A stretch of DNA of 64,000 nucleotides from Psilocybe cubensis (lineage: Eukaryota), in assembly GCA_017499595.2 (NCBI GenBank), contig CM039008.1, forward strand, positions 806,001-870,000. The letters are read 5' to 3'. Each line of letters starts with the position of its first letter. Position 1 is the stretch's first letter. Positions 41,140 through 55,264 of the stretch are shown piece by piece. A program made the translations under genes and the position numbers. The notes under the pieces are model-generated. The model saw only the letters and a list, made by a program, of their open reading frames with translations, was not told the DNA's origin and did no database searches.

Positions 41140-41923
41140 AAACGAAAGGTAAGAAAAAGGAGGTTGTGGTTGAAAAGAAGAATGCCGTCGGAGCTCCTAT
41201 TGCCTTGTGTTCGTCCGAGACCTCGATCACTCTAGAACGTTACTTCAGGAATGCCAGCCACTTTGTCCCGTAACATTAATATACGAAACATCTCCGTAGT
41301 TACAGTTACTTGCTAGTATTTAACTAATGTGTGGTAATTCGTGATAATTTTTCAAAGCCTTCGTGGTATAAATAAAATAAGATCTAGAATAGCATCCTCA
41401 CGGTGAGGGCTTAAAACGGAACCTTGTCTGAAACTTGCCCAAAGCGACTTATAAACTTGGACTATGATCAGTGTTGTATTCACGTTTATAACTGTCGATT
41501 TCCGTAGGATTAATTCTTTCATAAACTTCGATATGAAAATGCCGTCCTGTCCTCTCGCAATTAAAAAAGTTAATTATCTATTTTTAGTGCATGAGTGTTT
41601 ACTGTTGGTTTGAATCGTTGTTGATTTCCTTACACGCCAATCAGTTGACAGCTTGTTTGAGCACCAAATGACGGATTCTTTGCGAGACAGACCATACTAC
41701 ACCGCATACCAATCAAGTGGACGGATACTTACAGAAAGCCCTGAATCTGCTGATGGTGGGAGGGAGGAAGGAATGACGGATCAGAGCTAACAAAAATGAT
41801 ATGGTCAAGTTATGGCTAAAGTACCTGAGTAGTACCCGCTAATATGCATACAGAAAATTGATATGCACGGACTCAGAGTCCACGCCACGGACGTGGCTTG
41901 GTTTGTTATCCACCTCCATTCTA

Positions 41924-43465
41924 ATGGTTAAACATGCATCGATGGCTTTCTTCCAGAGATTTCGTCGACCTGCGACGGTTTTTGGTGTCCTCTTGTTCTC
42001 CTTGATTACTGTAGGCTTCTTCAGCGGCACCACTCTAGGGATACCCGAAAGCATACGATGGCGCACGACAGTCGAGTGGAAAGAGAGCAGGAGATTCATT
42101 GTTGGCTTGACAGAGAGAGCCGGACACCACGATGAGGTGTGTCTCTCGTCGATTTAATCTTCGAAGTCCACTGACTAAATTATTGTACATGGTTGTAGGT
42201 ACTTGGCGCACTTCTCTACTCACTGCGTACCATGCAAAGTGTTCGAAAGGTCCTAGTATATCGCAACAGTTTCCGCTATAAATTCGACGAAACTATCAGG
42301 CCGTTCTATCCCTTTGCTCCAGAGCCTGCTCAGGCAATGCTCGAATCTCTGTCAAATCCCAATAACACTGACGCGCTGGATGTTGTCATCTTATCCACCG
42401 GGGAACGTACCATTGAAGCCATTATGCCCACCCTCGTCGAGGCATTTGATGCCCGACCGCCTGATCGCAAGTTCACGGTACTTTGCGTCGTGCATGATGC
42501 AGGTCGCCTACAAGAATTGGATTTTATTGCCCCCTTGTCTATCCGCGGGGCACTTCGATATGTGACTCTGAATCAAGCTGCTCAGCGGACGCTGTATGAA
42601 GGGATTTTTGCTGCCGCCGCAAGACACCCTGAGGCTCAGTTCGACCGCGTACCAGTCTATGCAATTGCTCCTATTTTTCCTGTACAAGGTTTGAAGAACC
42701 ACCAGCGATATATATTAACGAACGTAGTTGTTCAAGGTAACATGGATCAAGGCCGTCGGGACTATAAAAAGCTCTTCGATGACATGATGGATGCGCTAAA
42801 GGGTCTGTTCCTCCAAAATTAAATTTTCGTGGCAATTTAACTTTGATACTAATGAATATCGTGTAGAGAACGCAGAATTTTGGGGATACAAACCACTGGA
42901 AGAAGGAACAAATGGATCTTACGTACCACTCGAACCCTCGTTCGGAATGGAGCCATTTCTCATTCACCTCGCTGGTGGCACAGTGCGAAATTTGGTGGTT
43001 CCTCAAGCACTATTAAATGTCGTCAAGGTTCACCAGTCGCTACCCTATCCAGAGTACTTTGCTCTCATGAACAGCATGGATCTCGTCTTACCCGCTTTTG
43101 CTAAAGAGGGGTACTACAAAACCTCAGCGTCGAGCTCAGTCGCAGCTGCCGTTATAGCCGAGGTACAACACTGTTTTTTTACATCAATAGCGCAATTGAA
43201 GTGTTTTCAACGTTTCCAGGTTCCGATTTTGGCTAGTCGACGGCTGCTGTACTGCTACCAATATCTCGATGAGAGGAACTCTGTCATTTTACCCTCGGGG
43301 ATGTCGGAGATAGAGGCGGTACGACTCATCCGAGCTGGAATCACGCCTGACACTGGAGAACCATTTAATCGGGAGGCTGTCTACAATCGCACAAATATGG
43401 AGCGTTTACGTCAAGAGATCTACGACTCGAATGAGAGGACGTTGATCAAAGCCTTTGCGTTATGA
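41924..43465 (+). CDS. Type II membrane protein, probable GT-B fold glycosyltransferase of unassigned family, 4 exons
   Basis: N-terminal anchor VFGVLLFSLITVGFF, then GHHDEVLGALL, VVQGNMDQGRRDY, and LPYPEYFALMNSMDLVLPAF...SASSSVAAAVIAEVPIL, which resembles a GT-B nucleotide-sugar-binding region. The start codon is uncertain (41924 or 41942). Confidence 0.6.
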
Positions 43466-43755
43466 ATTACCCAAAATAATACCTATGGGGCATCATGTTA
43501 TTGAGAAGTAGAGAAATTTAACTTGCACCAGAGCGACCTGCCACGATAATTCTATGGCGTGTTGAGCAGATTTCACACATTATTCCCACCATGGGCGCTT
43601 ACTGCTTTAGACCGGCCCGGGATAGATACGACAGATCTAAATTCCTCTACGATGAATGTCGTGTACCCATCCTCACGTTCTGGGAGGTAGTAAATATGGT
43701 CCCTAACTATCAACAAGAACGAAACATGTACTTTGGCATAATAATAATATTATTA

Positions 43756-45091
43756 TCAACACGACTCTCGTCCCTTCTCAGCATTATCTAAGCCTCCGGG
43801 GTGTATTTTAGGGCGTTCAGCAGCAGCAGCAGTAGCAGCGTGCTCAGTTCCATGCTCACCCGTGCTGATATCGACAGTAATACTAAAAGTGCCACTGAAT
43901 GTATCCCCGTGAGCATAAAGCTTATTGGAAGCAAACGAAGGCATTTGGGTACTGCGGATATCCATCGACTCCGACGATGCAGGTGGTGCCGATATCATGG
44001 TTTGCTGTGTGCAATACGACAGCGGCGCAAACTTCGTATTTCTGAATACGCGGCACGCCATAATGTTCATGAGCATGACATTTGGACCTGCAAGCATGAT
44101 TCGATATTCGTCCGGGAGAGATGTCATGAACATCATGATCAGCGTTGACAGATTGGTGGTAATCGTCGTGCTTAAAAATAACCATAACCATGAGCGCATA
44201 TATTTATGTACAATAACATTGAGAGACTCACAGATAGTACATTTGACCATCATTAAACAACGCTCGTGAAAACGGCGGCATACGTCGCCCAAGGACTATC
44301 TCCTGAAAATGCACTTTATGTCCATCACGAAGAAGCGTAGCTTGCATAAGCCTCCATGAAATAGCCAAAAACACCAGCGTGTCGTTGATCAATGGAGCAA
44401 TGACAGAGCTCGTCGCGTATCCTTCGAAATGCGTATTGACGCAATATCCCGTTTTACCGATTTCCCGCACCGTGTCTCCATGGATCGTCGTGAGACAACC
44501 TCCAATGACAAAAAGCCACAATATGCCAAAGAACGCAGTGACAGATTTGCTTCCTCCATAAATTGCGCGTACTCTGATGGTAAAGAGCAGGGTAGTGGAC
44601 GGGACGGCAACGGAGTACATCGCCCCCATCGCCTTTTGAAATCGTGTGCAGTAGATAATTCGGGTGGCTGGAAAAGAGGGGTTAAACTTCAGGGAAACAT
44701 CATCACAAATTGTATTTACTTTGGAACACCGTGGATAGTAAAATATAAGCCAGAGAGGAGAACCTGAAATACCAGTGTCATTACACGAGGTCACGCAAAA
44801 TAAGAGGATCGCACATACCTCGAAATAAAGTATGCAATCGTCGGTAGCCTGATTCTATAGTTGAAGAGTAGTGTATAATCATCTTTCACATTTTCCAAAA
44901 CATCCCAGATCAAAATCTGAAGCGTAGAATATTTAGCTGGATGACATAGCGGATGAAAAAGATTGAAAACTCACTCCAGTGCAAGCAACAAATACGTACC
45001 CAGAAACCGACGTTTGGAACTGTTCGTCATCAAGAGGGAGGCGAGGTTCGAGATTAATCATTTTCAAAGAGATACCTGTGGAGGTATTCAT
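43756..45091 (-). CDS. Multi-pass (about 7TM) membrane protein, paralogue of 1717-2931
   Basis: MNTSTGIS...GYVFVACTG/ILIWDVLENV...YFISR/FSSLAYIL.../...INDTLVFLAISWRL...NDGQMYYL/...PNVMLMNIMACRVFRNTK, with the same four intron positions as the first copy. Confidence 0.8.
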
Positions 45092-45521
45092 TGTCTCTGT
45101 TCATGGAATGCATATACAGGTTGAAGAAAACAGAAACGGTGAGTGCGATAACCTCGCTGGGGGGCACTCCTCACCCGGGTCAGCCCATATTATATATATC
45201 ACATCAGGGGAAAATACTCCGACCGAAACGCAAAAATTTGCTCAAAGAGGGTAGGATACATACTCAGAGAAGAGTTACGAATTAAACCAGAGAAAGTAAC
45301 ATTGCATCCGTACATGAGGGTACTTGTCATTCTGTCAATAAAAGGCTTTGGCGAGTGGTGTTGGTCGGTGACCTCATCGGTGTTGGATCTTATCTTATCT
45401 AATCAGAAGCAACATCGTTTAGAAAGGAAACAGTCAATCAGCAACAATGGATACTCACTAAAAGTTACATCTTCCTTCAACGTATACCACCTCGTACCTC
45501 GTACCAAAGACAAAAAAACGC

Positions 45522-47570
45522 TCAAAATTTCCATCCTCCAGTAAGACCCATAACATTATCAGGATCAACTCGCGCCTTCAACACACGCAGCGCCGGAAGA
45601 TTATCGCCATACATCTCCTTCAGCGGTGTACCAGCAAGCGCATAATTCGGATACACAGGCGATCTTAGAACATCCGTTTGTCCCTGGGCAACGGCGGCGT
45701 TACGAATGTGCGCAGAGCTAGCGACAGCAGCGTCGTGCCAATCCTTGTCGAATTCCTCAGAGGCCCAGTTGTAGTCTAGCATGAAGGGCTTGAATGGGAT
45801 GGTTCGTACAGGTGGGTATGCTGTTTTGTCGGTGTTGTGGGAATAGATGTTTGGTAGGAACAATTCCGCCAGGTACGCGACGCTGATCTCGCTTTTATTC
45901 GCTAAAGCCTTCCCCCAGAACTTTACGAGAGATGTAAATCAAAGGCAGACGTAGATAACTTTGTAGAACACATACGACTGTTTCATTCACCAGTAATTGA
46001 GATATTCCAGGCGTAAAATTGAGCATAGGAAGGGCATTATAAGCAAATCTGAGATACGGGGGGTGAGTTAACGAACAAAAAGCGCACATAAACACTGACC
46101 TTGTCCCCTGAGTTGCATTCAGAGGCGCAGACTGTATAAGATTGAGGTAATCCCTCGTACCAACATCGGACGAAAGTGGCTGGATATCCAAAAACCCATC
46201 AAATATGCCTGGCGGCGGTGTGGGCGCATCGTAGAAGAGAAACGCGAGCGCAGTCAACTACAGGTCAAATCAATCAGAAAAAATTGCGCATTTTGTCGAA
46301 TAAAAAAAAAGTTTATTATTTACTTGGCTACTCGTTGGATCCCATGAGAATCCTATTATTGCAGCGGCCTTGGGGTCTGTATTCGTCTGGAATGCGAGTG
46401 TGGCCGCTGTCAGAGCATCCACAGTCGACGCATCAGAAACTATGCTCCCGCCCTAAAGTATTTCAAAAAACAATAAGAGTCAAAACGAGACAACCAGGAT
46501 TCGTTATCATACCCAGACTTGCGTTTGAGGGAATGCCCTCACAGTAAATCTAGTTACAATACCCTTGAGTCAAAGACGTTAGATCCACCCTATTACACAC
46601 ATGAAATCAACCCACAAAGTTATTATGGCCACCCTTCAATCCGAAGAACAGTTCAGGATCCGAAGCTTGAGTAACTTCAACAACCTTTCCATCGGGCTTA
46701 ACGAGCTGATACGAAATCACATTATCGACCGCGAGCCCAAACTGATTTGTCTTATACGAGTACCCTACCAGAAAGAAAAAGAAAACCTCCTGGATCAGTA
46801 TCAAACCTTTCCATTACAATTGAGATCAGGGGGGGAGGGGGGGGAGACATACCACCGCCGAGTGTAAACCCAGCCACTCCAACTCCAGTTACGCGTCCCC
46901 CTATCGCCGTGACCCCGAAAGGCTGCAGTGCAGCGTACACATCGTCCCATATCAACCCAGGACCCAAGTCAATCGTCTGCGACGCGCGATGGTAATTGAC
47001 CTCCGAAAAGCGGAACATCGCGATCTGAACACCGGTTGTGGACGAAAACCCCTGGTTCGCGATGTGTCCGCCGCCCTTCACCTGGAAAATGAGATCATGA
47101 TGAATACGAGTGATCTTTTTTGGTTGTGTATCATGTTGTGAACGCACTGCGAATGGTGTTCGTGTTCGTCCGAGTATGGTTAGCTTTGTAGGTTTGTTCA
47201 GCCATGGGCAAGACCGCAACTGAGAGATGAAGATCCACCAACAATTTTTCCAACGTCCGCTGGTGTTCCTGGTTCGACTACACAAGTCGCGTTCTGTGAG
47301 CTGGAGATCGCATAATGAAATATCCCCTTGTCGTACAACGGGTCCCCTATTATGATAGTGATTCAGCTTTTTGTAACTTGGGGAGCGTGCGTCTTTTTAA
47401 TGATTACCTGGGTGGAACACTCCGCTGGCCGAAGATATTGCCTTGCTGATCTGGATGCAGACGGCGTCAGGAAGAACAGCCCTTCGGTTGTTGTCTGCGA
47501 TAATCGTTCCAAAGACCAACGGTAAGCTACAGATTGCTGTAACAGCTGCCTTCCAAAGACGTGTACCCAT
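45522..47570 (-). CDS. Secreted FAD-binding oxidoreductase, VAO/BBE-like superfamily (AA7-like)
   Basis: Signal MGTRLWKAAVTAICSLPLVFG, then TCVVEPGT, FAVKGGGH (covalent FAD His), GVGVAGFTLGGG, LFFGLKGGHNNFGIVTRF and YPNYA...MYGDNLPALRVLKARVDPDNV. Confidence 0.9.
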
Positions 47571-48889
47571 GACAGTAGCTGTGAGAACGTCGACACTGGG
47601 ATACCATAAAGCCTACGCCTACGACGACTTATATCCTTTAATTCCCCATGATGTAAGGCCTCGAAAGTTGATGAGAACAATGTGAATAACGCCCCAGCTG
47701 CATTATATTTATTAGCCTCGACGTGAGAACACGTTGTCCACGTTTTGGAGCACAATTCAGTTCGGGTCGGGCAGGAAAGAATAAGGACGGTTTTACAGCT
47801 GGGAATGAGCTACAAGCAGAGGGTGTGAGTGAAGGCGCATGCAGAAAAGGAAAGCTACACTTACGCGATGCTTCTCATGCGAGCTACTTTTGATCTGGGC
47901 GTCTTCTTTCAACTGAGATGCACATGCTGTTGTTTGGTGGGTGGATGTCCGAGATGGACTCTGAAGAATGATGTCTGAGAAGGCCGACGTCGTGCACTAG
48001 CGAAAACAAAATTGTATATAAACTCCTGTCTGGCTTAAGTGGCACTGTATCGGCGAACGTTGGTTAATTACAAGGTGTACGAATTGGGCATTAATGCGTA
48101 CCAGGAATACTGGAGATAATCCGAGAGTAAACACAAGGCCTTGGAATAGAATTGAGGATTATACTTTACGGTTGTCTATGCTTGTCTCCGTCGGTCTCGG
48201 TCCTGTGGGATGAAATTTCTTCCTCTGGGAAAAGGCTGGGGAAGTGCATGGACACTGAATGAATGGATTGGAGACAGCGTTCGAGCAGGTGGTTATACAG
48301 CGGAATATATGCGCCGTCACGGTCTTCTACGGTAATCTCTCCTATGGCAGAGGGTAACTCCTGACTGATCGCTAAATAAAACTATACGACAAGCTATATC
48401 AAGCTTACCGTCGAAATAAGTATTGCTCCCATATGTATGCTTTTGGCCATGGGCCTGACCAGGGGTAGGTTGGTATATGGTTTACGACATGGCTTACAGT
48501 GGCGCGGAGGTGAACGGTAGACAGCAACTTTTGCTTCACTGAACGCCAAAACGTGATATTCTGCCAGTTTCCCACGATAGGAGAATGAGTTCGTGAGTGC
48601 AAAAAGAATGACAATATTATTGCGAACTACTAGCAATAGCAAAGCGAGCGACAACAGTAGGATGAAGGTATATAACAAAAGAACACAAGACAGGTATACG
48701 TGGGGCGAAGCATCAGTTATTCCCTTGCATGTTGCACAACTACATTCGTCAGAATCCGAAAATAGTGGTATTGATATGGTACAACAAAGCAAAATCTGGA
48801 GAAACAATGATGACATTGGGGAATAACGAAAACGAAGTATTCAAGCTCCAGCAGAAAGAAAGATTTTAAAGTGGTATCAACACATTAGA

Positions 48890-50074
48890 TCAATCGACGC
48901 GCTTGGGGAAGATGCCCAAGGGGAGGGAGACTACTGTCATATCTTCTGAAGCCAAGAGCTCGCTGAGACCGACGTAGTAGGCGATGAAGGCTGTGGCGAC
49001 ACCGAATGCTCCACCAGCTTTGGTTGCACTGATAAGGGGGGATTTAGCCATCGGATCACTCCACTGAGCTATTAATGCTACGCACCTAACTTTACCGCTG
49101 AATTCACCGGCGGCTAACAGAGCGAAGGTGATGGTAAGGAAAGCGAAGAGGACGATGAAGCCAACGTTCTTGCGGAGTGCGGCAACACTAGATAAAGGTT
49201 AAATTTAGCACGAGAATCGAAATGGGAATAATCCGACGATGATACTGACAGCAAGAAGAAGGTGACCATCATCCATGCCACCAGGAAGATACCGAGAGCA
49301 CTGGCGAGCTCGTCCTCATTTCCAGCGTACGACGCGACAATTCCGCTTCCAGGGATCAGGATGGTGGCATAGGCCAACCAGAAAGCACCGTAGGAGGTGA
49401 AAGCTATGAACGAGAGCAATGGATCAGTAAATTGGTCAAGAGCCAAGATCGCCAGCACGCCAAGGGAAAGTGAACTGAAATAGGTCAGGGGCCAGCCATT
49501 AACGGATAATGGTTATGCCTATGACGTTGATAACAAGGCTGGGCAAGTGTGGGGTAATTGCAAACCCACAATGAAAGCTCTACCCGCGACTATGCAAAAA
49601 ATTGCAGCGTACCCGCCTTCCAGCGCCAAGGGATGCAGAGGAAAAGAGAAGTTTTGGAAAGGCTGACAGAGCCGGCGCGTCGAGCAGGCAGATACGTGAA
49701 AGCGGCTTACCTGTTCCACCGAAAACGTTGCCCCTAGGGAACTCCCACATGCCAGCGAGCAACTGAGCCAGTCCACCGCAGAAGATGGCCATACCAACAA
49801 CAACGTTAGGAGTGTGGATACCACGCGTCTGAAGATTGTAGAGCGAGAGCATGAACGTGGTCGACGCGAACGAGAACAATCCACTGGGTAATCAAATAAG
49901 CCGACGAACACAAATGATATGGAATTTGCGCGACACGTACAGAGCACCTGGATTGCCGATCCTCGATGGACGAACAGCCTGGCCGTAGGAGGCTGGGAGA
50001 ACTCCATTATTTCCAAGGGCCTGCTGGGGGGTAATGGCGTGGAGACCGTTTTTTTCGACGTCGTGCGAGGCCAT
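48890..50074 (-). CDS. GPR1/FUN34/YaaH family acetate/ammonia transporter (Ato/Ady2-like)
   Basis: IGNPGALGLFSFASTTF signature, GGLAQLLAGMWEF and FTSYGAFWLAY. The gene ends ...LGIFPKRVD*. Confidence 0.92.
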
Positions 50075-53000
50075 TGTAGAGTTCGAGAGACAATAAGGGG
50101 AAGGTTAGGGAATGAAGGGGGGATGAGGGAGAACCGAAGGAGACGACAGAATCTATTTATGTGACTGTTGTGTTTGTATCGTATGATCGCGAGCCTTGGG
50201 AATTGGCACGATTGGGGATGGAGCGGATGTCCCACGATCACGGACCAAACAACACTTGGCCGTATATTCGTCGTTACAGTGGTCCCTGGCCTATCCATTA
50301 CATATCCTTCAACCCATCCAAACGCGGCGGATCTCATAATAGATCTATTTTTCTTCGAATACAGGCCCTTTCGGAGAATTTTCAGTGCTACACGTTCCCT
50401 TCATTGAACCATATTAGACTTAGTTCACATTGCAGCGCCCATACAAACGTAAACCAGCTCACCGTAGGACCCGTGAGCCAACCGACATTGGCGAAATCAT
50501 CACCTCCTCTCCCTCCTCCATCGTAAAACTTGCAAAACTTCAAATTTTCCTCGATCACCCACCCCAGAGCCAAGCCAAGATTACCAACGTTTGCATCTAA
50601 CCCCCACATTGTAAAATCGTTTATCCGGAAAGCCATGGCGGAACAGAGTACAGTTCTCTTGCAATACCGGTAGCCACCATGTGTTCATTCTTCAATCTAG
50701 ACTGGCAAATTTACAACAACACACCCTTTCCCCGATTAACGTTATGTTGGGCTATTTTTAGCTCTAGATCAGTCCAGTGATTATAGCGCTAAAACACCCG
50801 CGCTTCATTTCATTGCAAAACGTTCTAATTTTTGCAGTGCTTCTATTCTCCTGAACATCTCGCTCGACTAGAAATTTTACCACTGGAAAGTGTGTGTTAT
50901 GAATTTCCTAATACTAACGTATTATGCAGGCTAATTGTCAATACAAGACTCCTTCAATCAAATGAATTCGGGTGTTCTAAAAATAAACAATTCCGGCATC
51001 CGGACAGTGGGCGTGTTTTTTCAATGGCAGTTGGAGTTACCAGTGTGACTGACTGACGTGGGTTGGAAATCGAAACTGAACTGCTTACATGTAAGCAAAA
51101 AGGCCAAATTTACCGACAATTCCCAGAGGAGCGCAAACCCTATCACGTTACTCCTATGTGTACAGGTGTGCAAAATATACTTCACGCCGCTTCACGCCGT
51201 GCTGCCAGTGAGTGTGACGAGCGATGGGCGACACGGAATGCGAATAGTCCGACTTCTCAAAAAATCTGTTCGGGTCCCGAAATATCAGTGAGCACGTACA
51301 GTACGCCCTTTGCCAGCTGGCAGGACTGTGTAGGGTACATAATTTTGGCGGGAAACACGGTGGATTCGGTCGGATTGAGCCGGCGCTAACAACTAAAAAA
51401 CATAAACTAGATGTGATCTTTTTTTTCAAGTTTGACAGTAAGCGCCACATCGTACCGAACGGTCGTCATTGTCATATTCCTAAAACACAAGTCAAGGGGA
51501 AGACGGGGATCTCATACAATGCTAGAACAGCGCTTAACGGATGGAGAGCTGTGAAAGGAATATTTGCACGACCGCCGCTAACAACTACATATGTCTATTT
51601 AGTACATACGCATATATATTGTGACTGATGAAAGGTGGTGAACTGCAGCTATGTCGATATTGCATGTCCCCAAAACACTTGTAAGTTGAAACGCAACATA
51701 CGACCATGACCGGCGTTTAACTCTGCGTACCCCAATGGACCGAAAAATTGGCCATCACATTTACAAGTGATTAGACTTTCCCTTGCTCCAACACAATAAA
51801 TAGACCACGCAGATCATTGCTATGTATCCGCTGCTTCCTACTTTGATGTTCGCTTTCGAAGACTTAGCACTTATCAGTGATGATTATCATCCGCAAAAGC
51901 CAGACCGATCAGAAATTATTTATTAGTATCACTCATCTCATCAAACATCATTGACAGAATCTATTCATCATGGCATCAGATTCAGATTCATAATGAAGAA
52001 GAAAGTCGAAAACGCGGTGGAAGCCACCAGACATAACTTGTGACCTACTTCACATATGTTCGAAGTGTACCAGCAATTTGGGTAGAGAAGGAAGGGGCGT
52101 TGAAATTGTCATACACAGCGTGCGGTATGCAGCGTCCGTACCGGCAAACCTCAGGTAACCCCACCCGAGCCTCTGAGACGACGGCGTCGCCTTCAAGTCG
52201 AATGATTCGAGGAGCTCCGGTTCCGGCGACAATACATTACCAGATCACATAACCATAATATTGCAGCTTTCACAGTAGAAATCCCGCAGGAGGAGCTCCG
52301 TCAAACTTCAAGTTCTAGAGTTTTTGATGACTTGGCATCCATCCTACTCGTTGCCCACAAAGCGGCCCCTTAAAGTTAAAGTGAATGAACACCGAAAACG
52401 ACCTCGTTGATAAGTGGTATTTAGACCGGGCATAGACTTTGGTATGCCCATATAATGCCCCTATCCAGACCCGCCGGGACCAACCATTTTCTCTTCTCCA
52501 AAATGCCTGAATCATTGTTACCCCACACCATCCCCACATTGATTCTCGAACTCCAAGTAAATAAGTAATTTCAATATGTGATATCACTACATACCCCGGG
52601 GCCCGGGGAATTCGAAGGTGAAGGAAGATCTAGAAAGATTCAAAGTCGTACTGTTGTTTTCTTAAAATGTATATTTACCATTATTGAGGCCGAGTGCGCA
52701 ATGGACTTCGGAATCATACTACCGTCTTCGCAATAATCGTTGACCGGCCTTTCGAAGAGACATCATGAAATGCTCGTGATTGAACCACCACGCCAAGAAC
52801 AAGGCGCTTCCTTGACACTAAAAGGAGAGGGAAAAAAGGAGCTCAAAGGCGGTGGAACATGAACAATGAACGCATAATGGCTATCCGGAACATCAAGCTG
52901 CAGTAGGCTATACATGACGCATGTATCTCACAGCTTTTCGAAGCTCCTGATTCCTGAATGTTGAACCGAGGAAATAATGCAGACTTCATTCGCAATTGGC

Positions 53001-53211
53001 GAGGAAAAATACTTCCGCTTGAATATCCGAGCTTTCAGCTCACGGAAGAATATCCCACCGCTCACGAGCATGAACAAAAGATAACGAAAATTGAGACCAC
53101 ACTCGGAGAATATGCGAGGTTGTTACTAGCAATTGTGCGCAAACCGGGGAGAGAACGTTTCAAGTTTTTGTATGCTATGGATGAACAGGAGTCGTTACAG
53201 TAGCTCCGACC

Positions 53212-54463
53212 TCAAAGCCAAACGAAACTGGTGCGTGTGGGTATGGTAAGGTCTCTGGCCACGATTTCCAAGTTCCTGCCACCTTCAGTGCGCTTGAGGA
53301 TGATAACGCCAGCCGAGCCAGCCACACCAGAAGCGACCAAAAACTGGTCACATCCATTCTCCGCGTTTCCGAACTCCATACCACGGATTTGATCCAAACC
53401 AGTGAAGACCTGGTTAACAAGGACGAGTCCCTCGTTGGGTTGTCCTTGATTGACGTGCTCGAAAATAGCTATGGAGTCGCCGGTGGGAGTCTGGGTGCCG
53501 GTGTTGCGGTTGGAGACGTAGATGTATGGTGTCGGGAATGCAGCAGTCGGAGGAGGAATGAGGATCTCTGCCCCCGCCCATAACGCGCCGGGACTGGGGT
53601 TCGAGGGGATGATGGAAGCCGTGGCGTAAGTGATGACGGTACCATTCGGCTGAGCAGGCACATTTTGCACGCTCAAAGTCGATGAAAGCTCGTGGATCGT
53701 GAATAGACGGTCATCTAAGATATATGATTAGCTTGAATGAAAAGTATACGATTTGCAAGTTGGGCGTACTGAAAATAGCGATGTGCCTCGGACCGCTTCC
53801 CTTGGGCTGAGGAATAGACCCCTGAATGGCGTATACACCTGTGCTGGGGTTCTGCTTCAAGCGCCAAATAGTATCTCCGCCCTAAAGATAGTAGAAATTA
53901 TTAATACCAATGCCTTTGCTATTATCGTATCATATGACGCACCAGGTCCGGAACCAGAACCTCTCCTTCGTGCTCTAAAGCCATGTGAGGGTGGGATACG
54001 CCTCCAACGGGTGGCGGGAATGTGATGAGTGGTGCCGACTGACTGAACTTGGACTGCTGTGAAGAGGTAGGTATAATTTTGCCATTTCCGGTATCGTAGT
54101 TCATGATTGCAACGGAGCCGGTTGATAGAGCAGTGGCGAACGCTGGACTGCTTCCTCCAGAGGAGACAGTGTCTATGGCGGCTGACAAACTTCCATCCGG
54201 GTTGATGAGGAAAGATTGCAGGGCTCCATTGCTATTCTCGTTGACAGCACTGTAGATATGTATTGGAAATCGCGTTCAAGGGTGTAGAAAAAGTAGGGTG
54301 CTCACTATAATAGACTTCGATTAGTTGGATTTAATGTGATCCAAGACGGGTTGCTCCCTGTGGGAGACTTGCTTTGCACGGAGAGGGTGTTGGTTGCCGA
54401 ATTGAAGAGGTATGTTGCGACGAAGACGTCATATCCTCCAGCCAGAAACTTGAAAGCCACCAT
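53212..54463 (-). CDS. Lactonase, 7-bladed beta-propeller (6-phosphogluconolactonase / muconate cycloisomerase family)
   Basis: MVAFKFLAGGY, NPSWI, SHPHMA...VPDLG, GSGPRHIA, IHELSSTL, AEILI...IYVSNRN and IRGM. Confidence 0.88.
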
Positions 54464-55264
54464 TTTGACAAAAGAAAAAGTAGACCCAAAAACCTACCAG
54501 AAGGGCGAAAAAGAGACCAGGGAAGGATGAATCGAGTTAGTCCAGCATTATTATATGTTCGCGCGAAGGGAAGCATACGAAGCATTCTCAACATGTGATG
54601 CATCTTCCCCAACTACATCTATATTTACTTCTGTGGTGCAACTGCCAGATTTCGTTGGATACCCCGACTTTGAACTTCTGGATATTGTTCGTTGCGACAT
54701 ACACTCGGAAGAGCTACGGGACGACGTAGCGCGAGTAACGGCAAAAAGGGCCGTTAAATATGACGTCCCGGTTGGCAAGAAACTCGGCATGGCACAACCA
54801 GCTGCATAGGATTCGTAAAGATAGGACAGATGCCGTCAGCATACTGGAGACCAACTCCAAGTTTTCGCGTATTATCGTGGCGACTTCTTTTAGGAAAGAT
54901 GGCGAGAATGAACCGACAGTATGCGTTGAGGAAGCAGAGGATAATCCGGAATGAATATTTGTTGCAATTCGGAGGTTTGCACTATGAGGCAATCATGATA
55001 GAAACTTGGAGAAAGATGGTTAACTGATGCGAGAACCGAAGTTTGTTGCACATGATGAATGACGATTCGGATAACGGCTAGATGGGACTGACTAGGTGTA
55101 GCAAATTAGAAGCCATATATATGCGCACAAGAACCTACTTCGCCGAGGATCGAGCCGTTGTCGCGCTTCGGCACGGGTCCGTGAATGACCCAGAGATTTG
55201 CTGGTCAGGCAAGACTTCTTGTGATGAATTTCGCGACCGTGTTCGGTATCGAAAAATACCAGCC

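Noticed and set aside
46828..46844. G-run (C-run on the coding strand) inside an intron of the AA7-like gene
   Set aside because: A simple homopolymer tract with only two long G-runs, so there is no support for a functional structure.
54551..55027. Several short ORFs between the lactonase and the F-box-like gene
   Set aside because: No motif; probably promoter or UTR sequence.
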